Assembly: GCF_002105155.1 (NCBI RefSeq)
Contig: NW_019029023.1
Coordinates: 186,001-250,000, forward strand
Source of the DNA: Lobosporangium transversale
Lineage: Eukaryota
Reading direction: 5' to 3'
Length of the DNA stretch: 64,000 bases
Below the pieces are notes generated by a model. The model saw nothing but the letters and a program-made list of their open reading frames with translations. It ran no database searches and was not told the origin of the DNA. Shown here in pieces: positions 50,655 through 64,000 of the stretch. Position 1 is the first letter of the stretch. Each line of letters opens with the position of its first letter. Both the position numbers and the translations under genes were made by a program.

Positions 50655-53646
50655 CTACATGGTATGGCGGGTTGCCGAGGACGAGATGGGATGCTCATCA
50701 TAATCATGGTCTCCATGGCGGTCTCGCTCCGTAGCAAGACTTTGCATTGGATTACACAGCTCTGCAATGGATATCCGACGATGCATATTTGTGCCTGTGC
50801 CTGTGCCTGTGCCTGGCACAGGATTTGCACTCGACGGTGAAGAAGGACGATACTGCTGCTGCTGGCCCTGATATGGCTGCTGCCGATGATGGTGAGGGGT
50901 CGACGAAGCGGAGTCGTTTGTGTGGATGTCCTCCAGCAAATCACTGTCATGGTCTGGATATGTAGAATTGGGTGATGAAGGTGCAGTGGAAAGATCCTCA
51001 CGATGATGCATCATACTCTGCTGATGATAGCAATGTTCATGCTGCTGCTGGCGCTGGGTTTGATAGTAGTGATGCTGCTGTTGCTGTTGAGAATGCTCGC
51101 CCTGAAACAAGGATGCGTTTGAGTTTGTGTTTGTGTTTGGATATGGGTATGATGGCAAGCTATTGGTACATGAATGGCCCTCATTATGATGAGAATCACT
51201 TTGCCATAGACCACGCTGATACTCTTCATATGTTGTTATTTGACTAGACATGTTGGAATGAGGAGGTGTAGAGAGCTGCTGATGATGACCGTAATACTGC
51301 TGCTGCTGTTGTTGTTGTTGTTGTCGTTGCTGAGATGACTGTTGATGGTAATGATACTGGTGATAGCGCTGGTACATATCCTTCCAGACTTGATGAATCA
51401 TCTCAGGATAGAGGACAGCCTCATTGACCTTCACATCGTATTGTTCCCCGAGTCGAATCTCCCATTCGTCTGGATTATATGTGGCGACACGGTGGTGTAC
51501 TGGAGCCCCAACGAGTGTCAAAGCCATCTTATGCCTTTGTGCAATCACATGGTACTTTTCCAAGACACTTTCCAAAACCCAGAGAGAGACACCTCGATAT
51601 TCCTCAAAGCGACAGCACACCCATGGTCCGCTTGGGTCTGGCTGTATATTCAAGGATTCGGGTGTTCGGAAGGCTCTTTCAGGCAAGTAGAATCGTCCAA
51701 GACGGGCGTTAGAGGGATATCCATTGACAGATCTCCTTGTCGCTTCTTGATCCTGACCCTCCTCAGAACCAGAAACGTCCGTTTTCTCCATATCGGGCTC
51801 AAATCCTGCAACAAAACTCTTGGTAGGGAATAGGCTATTTACAGTGAGTTCCTCCACTGTTCGCAGGTCTGGCTCAGGATCACGACCAAAACTATTCATA
51901 TCAATGTCAAGTGCAAATCTACAGGGCTGTTCAATATAATATCCTCTGTCATTCGAACGCCGTCGATCTATGGATTCTAAAAGAGCAGACTCTTGTTTAG
52001 GTTCATGTATCTTATGTTGCTGTTCATCCACATCCATTGGTTCTTCTTCTTGCTCTCTATGCGCAGCATCCTCTTTGGTTTCACTACTGCTGACACTGAC
52101 TCTCTTGTGATCCACTTCCATGTCTCCTCCAGTTTCAGAATAACTACTGCGTCTCACATTTCCTGAATTTCTCCAAGATGACGATGACGGGTGTGGAGCT
52201 CGGATCACGCACAGGATAGCCGCCATGTTACTCAAGAATTCTGGGTTTCGGAACTGCTCGTTGGCATATGTGATTGAAATCTGGCTCTTCAACCCCAAAA
52301 ACTCTCGTGTATTCATTCGTTCAATCACCTCAATCACTTCACGCTTTTGAATCGGATAATAGCATTCCTCTAGGTGTCGCTCCAATTGAGGCGAAATATT
52401 CGGATTAAATTGGGACCGGATCTTGTTGCTTTCCTCAAGTCCTGTGATGGCACTCAGTGATCCATCTAAATGGGAGGATGGTGGGCGTGAGAGTGGGTGA
52501 ATATGTGACGGGTAAGGACGGGCTCGTGATGAATGATCCTGGCGATATTGGCCATCATCACCATAGTGATTAAGGATTGGCGGTAGGATTGCAGGAGGAG
52601 AAGAAGAAGAAGAAGTACCATCTCCTTCAATCTGTGTCCTACTATTACCATGAGGATCGGATAGTATCGAGCTTGAGAGATGAGCAGTTTCCCGTTTTAA
52701 AGAAGGGACACTTGAGGAAGACAATAAGGGTGTACTGACTTGTGAGAACCACTGCTGTGCCCCAGAACGAGAATCACGCGAGGGCAATGGCTGTACAATC
52801 ATATCTGTCGAGTCATTGCTCGATCTCTTTGTAGCCCTTGCATTGTACATTAATTCTGGTGTTGATTTTCGATGCTCTAACAGACGATCCTTCTCCGTAT
52901 ACGTTAAATACTGTGGTTTGTCGCCTCCACTTCTACCCCAATCACTGCCTTGCCCCGGACTCTCTAGCTTTACCCTTTGATCAAGCGATCCTATACTTAA
53001 GCTGGATCTGTGCATCATTGCCTTAGCAGACCGTCGATGCTCCATCAATCGCTCCTTCTCTTGTGGTGTCAGCTGTTCAAATTGAGGAAAATGTTGTTGC
53101 CCATGGGTTGTTTTAGATACGGATGCGGACGGTGTCATTTCCATTCCTGCTCCTTGCCAATCTGGAGACATGCCGGGTTTTAAATCCAATGACTTCCTTG
53201 AACCCGAATTAAATGAAGGAAGTAACACTTCACTCTTCCGTCGTTTGCATTCCTCAACTTCAATTCCGGATATTGTTTGTTGAAAGCCTACACTACCAGG
53301 GTTGTCTGAAGCTGAATTGCCTCTGCTTTGGGACGATCTTGGTTGTAACTGAGGTAGGCTTCTTGAATTGGCCTTCAGCGTTCGGTTCATAGGCGGTGGC
53401 GGTGGCGCAACCGATCCAGAATTGGGACTTGGAAGATACGGTTGGCCGTCTCCACTGTAGAGATTTGTTCCAGCATGGGTGCTACTTCTATTACCGAACA
53501 TGGCTGGTGAAGATGCTGTTGGCGCGCCAGAAGGGGAAGTCCATTGCATAGGATGCTGGTACTGAGATTGTTGCTGCGGCTGTTGCTGTTGTTGTTGCTG
53601 TTGCTGTTGCTGTAATTGCTGATATGGTGGTAAGTGCGAATGACGG

Positions 53647-53681
<35 letters not shown>

Positions 53682-56600
53682 TTGTTGCTGTGAGAAGCCT
53701 GGATTAGGAGCATAGGGACCAGTAGAAGGCGTTCCTTGCAGTGGACGACGGTGAGGATCGTCATGTCCTGCTGCAAAGACAACAGGACTGCTACCACCTC
53801 GTGGCCTTCCTGTAAGCATGGGCGTTGAATGTAAGGATGAAGATCTTGATCGAGAGCTACCTCCAGTGGTGACTGTTGAAGCGCCTGTAAGAGAGTCTCG
53901 CTTCGAGCGATCACCATGGGTCTGAGTGTGTTGGATCATGTTATCATACCGACTAAATGTCCTTGGACAATTCGTGACGATACACTTGTAAGGTTTTTCG
54001 CCCGTGTGTTTTCTAACAATGGAAATTGGATTCCAAAAAAAAGTATAAAAAAAAAAAAAAAAAAAAAAAGATAGAAAAAAATGGACATGCAGACTCATTT
54101 ATAAGTTACATTTCTCATGCCTGCATGGGAGTACAAAAGGGGTATGACGCAGGGAGAAATAAAAAAAAAGTCCAAGTTCGGAAAAAAAATGTTTACAAAT
54201 AAAAAAAAATGTTGTGTACCTTTCATGCCTAGCAAGATGCTCACTGCGAGTGAAAACCATATTACATCCAGGATAGCCCGTGCACTGGAATGTCTTTGGT
54301 GAGGAACTCGAGCCACCTGACCCTTTACTTCCTTTACCAGATGAAAGTTTCTTGCTTGTGGGCGGTGTTGGATGATCCATTGACACTGACACTGACCACT
54401 GCTGAGGTGCTGCTGTTACTCCTCCTGCTGTGGTTGCTATTGTCGTTGTTGCTGCCTCACCTGTCGTGGTTGATGAGTTGGAAGAAGTGGATGTTCCGGA
54501 CCCTGATTTCGGATGATTTGTCCAGTTCGGACCAGGTTGAATTTTTTGCTCCATGGTTTCGTCTTGATTTGATTTCACACTATCAATGCCACTAGCACTG
54601 TCGTTACTCTGTGCTTTTTTGGCTTTGATTGTTTCTCTAGGAATGTATAATGAGTCTGTGAAACTTCTTTGTTTGATAATGAGAGCCGGGTTAGGGCTTT
54701 TGTCGTTAGTAAGGCTTGATGCGCTTGTATTGTCACTAGAGGAGGAAGGAAGAGAGGGGGGAGGAAGAGGAGGATGGTGATGATGATGATACAAAGACTG
54801 GTCTGACTGATCAGAAGGCGATGTATGGCTGTTTATCAAGGAAGGCGGTAGAGAGGCTGGCTGATGATTTTGTGGTACCGTGGGGTCTGGTGTTCCTGCA
54901 GAGAAATAAGGGACGGGGGCTGTTGTGGAAGAAAGAGTGGATAGAGACGACGCTGTGTAGTTGATTGTCTTGTGATTGATTTCGATGGATGGATCGGATG
55001 GAGAGCCGTAGATGTGATGAGTTTGATGGTCTTGCGATTGATGCTCTTGCAGAGAAGAGTGGGAGGTAGGAGAAAGGAGAGGATAGGGAGAAGGGGAAGA
55101 GGGGGAAGAGGAGAAGAATTGATTCGGTTCATAATGGGGATACTGATGTTGATGTTGATGTTGGCGATGTGGAAGTGTATGTGGATGTGGATGTGGGGGA
55201 TAGCTCGAATAGCTGATGTTGCTGCGAACAAAGGGAGGTCGAGAACGAGCTGGTCCTACTCCTATTGTTGCTATTGTTGCTATTGTTGCTGCAGTTGTTC
55301 TTCCTCCTACTTCTCTTCCTACTCCTCGTCCTCCTTCGCCTTCACCTCCTACTGCTGTTGTTCCTGCCGCGGCTTCATTGGTATGATATGCACCTGCACC
55401 CATGATGTCGCTGCACTCTCCCTGTCCTGCTCCCCCTGCCATTGCTGCTTTTGACACCTCCTGATCCTGTTCCACTTTTGGAACGGACCGAGTTGAGCCG
55501 TATCGCTGTCCACTATCTGTGGCAGAGGATGATCCTGTGTCTGTCTTGCCTGCTTGATCATACACTGACGATGTGACAAATCCTGTCGCTTCATTTCCTC
55601 TATGGCCTTCGCCAACGTTGCTTCCTCTACTATTCGCTGGATCACTGCCGTAAGGATGATAACTGCTAAATCTAGGCGGCGATACTAGTTGTATTGAGGG
55701 TGATGAAGGAGGAAGGAATGACGCGGAAGGCGAGGACACCAACGAGGGGGGGCACATTGTAGTAGGGATCGCTATCGCGTCAACTGAGCCAATGAGAGAT
55801 GTTGTGCTGGGCGAAGGTAAACTATGAAGTGTTGAAGAGGCAAAGGGTAATGTTTGTGTGGTTGAAGTCGGCGAGGCAGTCGTAGTAGGTGTTGGCAAAA
55901 CTGTTTGCGATGAATGGGTTTCATGTAAATTTGAATTTAAATTCGAATTTGAAGATGGCAATGAACCTGCTGTATCTATCGAAGAAAAAGATCCATGTCT
56001 TAATGAGGACTGACTCCATGGCGTGGTCGAAGTGGACAGAGATAATGTTTCAGCTGTTGAAGTTGAAGTCGGAGCAGATTGAGATGATGTGTTGGTTGCA
56101 CATGATCTAGCTGTAGAGAACAAGGGCAAGTTGTTTGCGATGACATGGTCATTGTTGTTTTGGGCATGACTCATGCCATGGCCATGGCTCGTGTCAAGGC
56201 TCTGCGCGCGAGAGCTCTCATGATCTTGTGGCAATAAAATTGAGGGCGATCGACAAATGTCCTTAATGTCCTTACTTTGTGCAACCGGCCGAGTCTGGTC
56301 ATGATTTTTATCCAGGTGTTTTTGTGCTTGATGTTGCTCATACTTTGGGTGTGGCCAGGGTGCATCTGTACCATACTCTTTGCCAATGGGACGAGTATCC
56401 GCCCTCTGACTCTGGGCTGGACGCGTTGGCAAAGAAGAAAAGTGCTGATGATCGGATCGAAAATTTCGTGGTTGTGTATCGCCTTGAAATTGCAACCATG
56501 GTTGTTGTTGCTGTTGTTGTTGTTGTTGTTGTTGTTGTGGTTGGAAAGGGGTGAAAGAGCTACGCAGAGGTTGTTGTGTAGGAGATGAGGAAGGTGATGA

Positions 56601-56837
56601 TGATTTTTGAAGTTGATCTGGTAAGTGGTGGCCTGGTGCTGAATGCACTAAGACGTTATGTGAAGCCACGGGATCATTAACATTGTCATTAGATGCGACC
56701 CTGCCCATGCGACCCTCAATATCATTTCTGTGATGTGAACGACGCGCAGGTCGTTCTTCGATAGGTGTAGTATGAATGATGGACCGAGGAGAGGGAGAAG
56801 GAGAAGGAGAGAATGGAGTTCGCAAAGAAGGAGCCAT
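50655..56837 (-). CDS. C2H2 zinc-finger transcription factor, Usv1/Rgm1/NsdC-like, ~1,990 aa, 2 exons
   Basis: Intron 54219-54013 joins [24 protein letters not shown] to [32 protein letters not shown]; flanked by polyQ/His/Ser low-complexity regions. Confidence 0.9.
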
Positions 56838-57044
56838 TTTAGGAAATAAAAAAAGTTAGAGTTAATGAATGTATTGAACACGAAAATAAAAAATGAATGA
56901 GACTAAAGTGGGGAGAAACAGGAAAAGATTGAAAGGAAAGAAAGAAAGAAACGAAAGAAACGAAAGAAAGAAACGAAAGAAACGAAAGAAAGAAACGAAA
57001 GGTGAGGAAAGAAAAGAAAGAGGATAAGAAAACGCTGTGCAGTG

Positions 57045-57076
<32 letters not shown>

Positions 57077-58740
57077 CTTACCTTGAGGCCCTAATCCCAT
57101 AGCAATAGCAATAACAATAGCAAATAGCAACAGCAATAGCAACAGCAATAGCAAACTGCGCCTGTATTGTTTACCTATAATGGTTGTGATCAGACAACTC
57201 AAATGTAGGTAGAAGAGAAAGAGTATGCGCTGGCGAGGCAGCAATGGGTGTGGGATGTGGAGAGGAGTATAAGTCAGATAGGATTGGATTGTTCTTGTTT
57301 TGGTACTGGTTGGCCGTGGTGGTTACTGTCTTAGGATTCTGATCCTGAAACAGAAGCCGATGTGCTCAAGGTTGGTCGTCGCTGAGACTGCGGAGGGTTG
57401 ATAAAAAAGATTGGACAGGTTCGTCCTTTGGTTTCTGGCTGTCCAAGTAAAAAGTTGAAAAAAAAAAAAAAAAAAAAAAAAACAAAGAAATTGGGCAGGG
57501 CAGATATTCTGTTTCTGCTAACTCGCTGCTATTGTTCTCTTTCCTATTCGCTATTGTTGGTGTTATTGTTTTATTGACGTAAAGTTGCTGTGCTCCTCAA
57601 GGATTGATATCAACTATCCCGTCATCATTGACGTCGTCTGTGTCCGTGAGTGAACACGTACGTGCGACCTGAAACCTATTTTGCACCTTTTAAAAATAAA
57701 CTTGGGCTGTGAAGGATGTGTTAAGGCAAAGCAAAACAAAAGAAAGTAAAAGTAGATAGAAAAGAAGAAAAGAAAGGGAAAAAAAGGAATGGAAAGAAGA
57801 GACTGAGATGAGGATCAGCGTTTTGTGCATGTTCAAAAGTAAACAAAGGAAGAAGAAAAAAAAAAAAAAAAAAAAAAGAAAAAGAAAGAAAGAAAGAAAG
57901 AGGAGCGAAAGCATTGAAGCCAGTTGTATGCTCTGATCAATGTTTCAATATCAATGCAATGTATGATGCAAAGTGAGCGTTGTCGCGTGTACATTAACAT
58001 CTTACTTTCAACGGCAGTCCGTGCACGCTGCAACATGGCACAATCCACCAAGCCAAAGATCGCAAACTGTCATATTGTGAATGAGCATGACAAAAAAATG
58101 TTCAAGGCGTGTGGTATGGAAATAGGTAAATGCTTTAATATGGGCCTGAGTTACTCAACCACACAGACATGTTGGTTGTCCTTTCCAAGCCCGATCATCA
58201 TTTCACAAGTTGCTCAACGTTACTATTTTGATTTGTTTATAAACATGTGTATCTAGCCGAGGGTCCTGTAGATATGATTGGATAGGAAAAATTGTGGGCT
58301 GGGGAGTGCTACACGGAGGAGGAAAGACCGTAAGCAGGCTGGAAGTGAAGCTGAACCATATCGCCTTTTCATATAATAAAGAAGTAACAGAGTTTCGAGA
58401 TAAAGCGATACACATAAAGAGTATAAAAGCAAATAGAGACGATAGATAGATAGGAACAAGGCAAAAACACATCCATGCTCATAGCAAAAAGAGAACAGGC
58501 ATAAACAGGTGTACCATTTCATGTCCCCCTAGCTGGTTTGTTTATTAAAAACAGATGATATCAGAGGATGGTAACCAGATCAGAGAGATGGATGTTCAGA
58601 GAAAGAGCGCAGGTTGGTAGATATGAGAAAGAAGTCGAAATGCTTGTTGCAACCAAGATGCCTAATGCTTCCTACAAACAATATGTGCAAAAAATACGAA
58701 GCAATGTTCTAATACGACGAGTCCTTCCTCAACTATTTCA

Positions 58741-58780
<40 letters not shown>

Positions 58781-58793
58781 CATCTAATATAAT

Positions 58794-61664
<2,871 letters not shown>

Positions 61665-61704
61665 GTGGGATGTTTTTAGTATGGTATGGTATACAGCCCC
61701 GCGC

Positions 61705-62062
61705 TCAAGGGGGAATGAAGAGGGGTTGAGCACATTTCGATTTATATTTTCTCTTTTGACGAAGGACACTCTCATTTGGCGCATATGCTTAAAAAGGAAA
61801 CCGTTAGCGTCACTTCATTTGACTTGTCGACTTGTAAACTGTTTGCTCCAAAGCTATGTGATGTGCGCTTTGGGATGACCGCATTAGGGCACCCAAGTTG
61901 ACCTTACATATCCGACGAAGGCCCTTCGCCCAGGCAGAGATCGGGTCCTCCTCTTCGGGGCATTCAAAGAACCATTTTGAGCAATCTGTAGTATGAAAGC
62001 AGGGCTGAAAGAATACACTGTTGATTTAAGCCAAGACGCATCAGCTTACCTTTCTCCTCCAT
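61705..62062 (-). CDS. Putative 57-aa spliced small ORF/uORF (exons 62062-62050, 61985-61908, 61787-61705)
   Basis: Donors GTAAGC and GTAAGG, acceptors TACAG and TTTAAG, branch point GCTAAC at 61803-61808; intron phases are mutually consistent and give an open 57-codon frame. Confidence 0.4.
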
Positions 62063-62679
62063 TACTTTATTACTTTAGAACCACCTTTGTGGAGAATGTT
62101 TGTGAGGAATGGTGTATTACGAGGTAAATATATATATTTGTACAATTATGATTTTGGTGATCGAATTATGTTTAATCGTACTTTTACTTCAAGCGCAAAC
62201 AATCAGAAATAAAAATAATTAATGGCTCTGGCTCTAAACTTTTTTTATTAGACTGGCACAGCGCTTTGTTGCTGCTGCTCTCGTCCGTTGCTTTGTTGCT
62301 CTCGTCCATTGCTTTGCTCTCTTCTTTCTCTCATTCATTTTGGCGGTTACTTTTTTTTTTTTTTTTCCTTCATCTCTTCTCTCAAGATCAATTCTTCCTT
62401 AATTCTCCTTTCCCCTTTCTCTACTCTTTTTCTCTTCAAGTAAAAAAACAACCCCAGCAACGCCCAAAGGTTGCATTCAGCAGGTAAATAAATTTTTTTA
62501 CAGTGTGAGCTAATACACTATGTAATAGAGTTTTTTTTTTACTTTTTATTTTTAATTTGTTTCGAGTTCCTGAAATTGCCATCATGTCATTTCATGCTCA
62601 TTCTCTCTTAATGTCTTCACTTCCATAGTCCTTGTGCAATCACCATTTCAACTTTGCACACATTAAACCTGATTAAACA

Positions 62680-64000
62680 ATGGCTGAAAACAATGTCCCG
62701 GCGGCATCTCTTCGCTTTCTCTTACTTGGCGACGTTGGAGTTGGGAAATCAACCTTCATCAGCACCCTCGCTTCAACCCTTTCTGCTGTTCATGCAAATG
62801 ACCTTATCGAAGAGTACATCCCTGCACCTCTTTCCTCTTCCACCCCCGCACCTTCTGCAATTCGTCTGAATGGCGTTCACATCGGTGCGGGATCTGTTCT
62901 CCAGGACGACGGCTCTTCCCCTTTTGACGATCCTTTAGGTCTGTTACCACCAAAGGTAGAGGTCCCTTCGAGAGACCTAACATTCCTCAGTCTGCCAGGA
63001 TATTCATCCACCACCAACCCTTCGACAATCCTTTCTCTGACGGATGATTATCTTAATCATCATCTTCATTCAGTGACTTCTATTTTCTCACCATCTATTC
63101 CCTCTGCACAACTGGCATGGTTTTTGATCGCAGGCTCGGGTGCTCATTCGCTCCCGACTTGTGCGTTCTACTTTGTGCTCTATGAACTCAAACCAATTGA
63201 TATCATATACATGAAAATGATCCATGAGCGTATCAACTTGATTCCCATCATTGCTAAAGCCGACACAGTCTCAAAGAATGAACTTTGGGTCCTAAAGAAG
63301 AGGATGCTCCGTCAACTAAAGATGAATGGTATCAAGATCCATACCTTTGGGTTAGACATGGAGACAATTGAGAAGATGACTCAGCAGCGACAATGGGGCG
63401 CACCTCCCTTCGTTGTCAGCACTCGTGAAGACAGCGAGGGTCAACTTTTGGAAAGTGAGCTGAAACTGCTGATTGACTTGTGTTTGTACAAACGTATCAG
63501 ACACCTACAGGAGGACGCCGCACGAAAAGTAATTGCTTGGAAGTAAGACATTTACCAACAGTCGAAACAAAACAAAAAACTTCTTTTGCTGCTGTGCAAC
63601 TTTGCCACATATAATTTGTGAATTTCATTTTAATATTCACCTTTTTTCTTTTTAATTAACAGACGAACAATTGAACAAACAGGAAGACAAACAAAAACAA
63701 ATGTGGAAAAAGTCTGGGAGAGAGGGGTTGCAAACACAAAGGACACAAAAACCAACCATGCGAATGGCTTTACGACAAATACCACTCCAGTTGCTGCTGT
63801 GGCGACTGTCAATGCGAGCACCTTTGTGAACAACCACAGCAACGGCTCATATTTTACTCAAGCCGACATGCTCCCTTCGGTCTCCAGCCCTGTAAACCAG
63901 ATCATCCCTGGACAATATGCGCCCCCTCCCTCTGTTCAACAGCAACAGCAGCAGGTCCTGACCCCGCCCACGCCTGCGCCACAAATTAACGGCCAACTAG
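62680..64000 (+). CDS. Divergent septin-like GTPase, 3'-incomplete
   Basis: LRFLLLGDVGVGKSTFISTL (G1), LTFLSLPGY (altered G3), LKPIDIIYMK..HERINLIPIIAKADT (G4) and PPFVVS. Intron 63543-63662; the next exon stays open to the window edge. Confidence 0.8.

Noticed and set aside
61860..62040. GC-rich patch considered as a snoRNA, snRNA or TPP riboswitch
   Set aside because: Diagnostic boxes are missing; better explained as a spliced exon on the minus strand.
63998..64000. TAG at the window edge as the septin stop codon
   Set aside because: Out of frame with the spliced exon (reads CAA CTA G), so the gene continues beyond the window.

Overview
Intron-rich, AT-rich eukaryotic DNA with very long poly(A)/poly(T) tracts in introns. 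Gene content and style point to an early-diverging fungus, probably Mortierellaceae (inference). Ten host genes can be assembled from spliced ORF pieces: kinesin-8 (5' end probably outside the window), a very long Set9/KMT5 H4K20 methyltransferase with extra PWWP-like and Tudor-knot domains, ATG9, a GT47 exostosin-like glycosyltransferase, a DIP2/Cmr2-like AMP-binding protein, an FAD-dependent monooxygenase, an SH3-WW-WW-PH-RhoGAP, a Usv1/NsdC-like C2H2 transcription factor, a DHX40-like DEAH helicase and a divergent septin (runs off the 3' end). The accessory part is an ~11.25 kb element (15951-27202) bounded by long terminal inverted repeats, probably Mutator-like. It holds a FAR1-like transposase remnant, a spliced PD-(D/E)xK nuclease-like cargo gene and a nested, truncated Ty3/Gypsy chromovirus. 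Directly upstream of the nuclease gene are two diverged tandem ~250-nt copies of a sequence whose stems show compensatory base changes, i.e. a candidate unknown structured RNA; this is the most interesting signal in the window. Other notable items are an 8-nt microexon, a GC-AG intron and a three-exon 57-aa ORF just upstream of the helicase. All exon boundaries and pairings were read by eye; no database searches were run.
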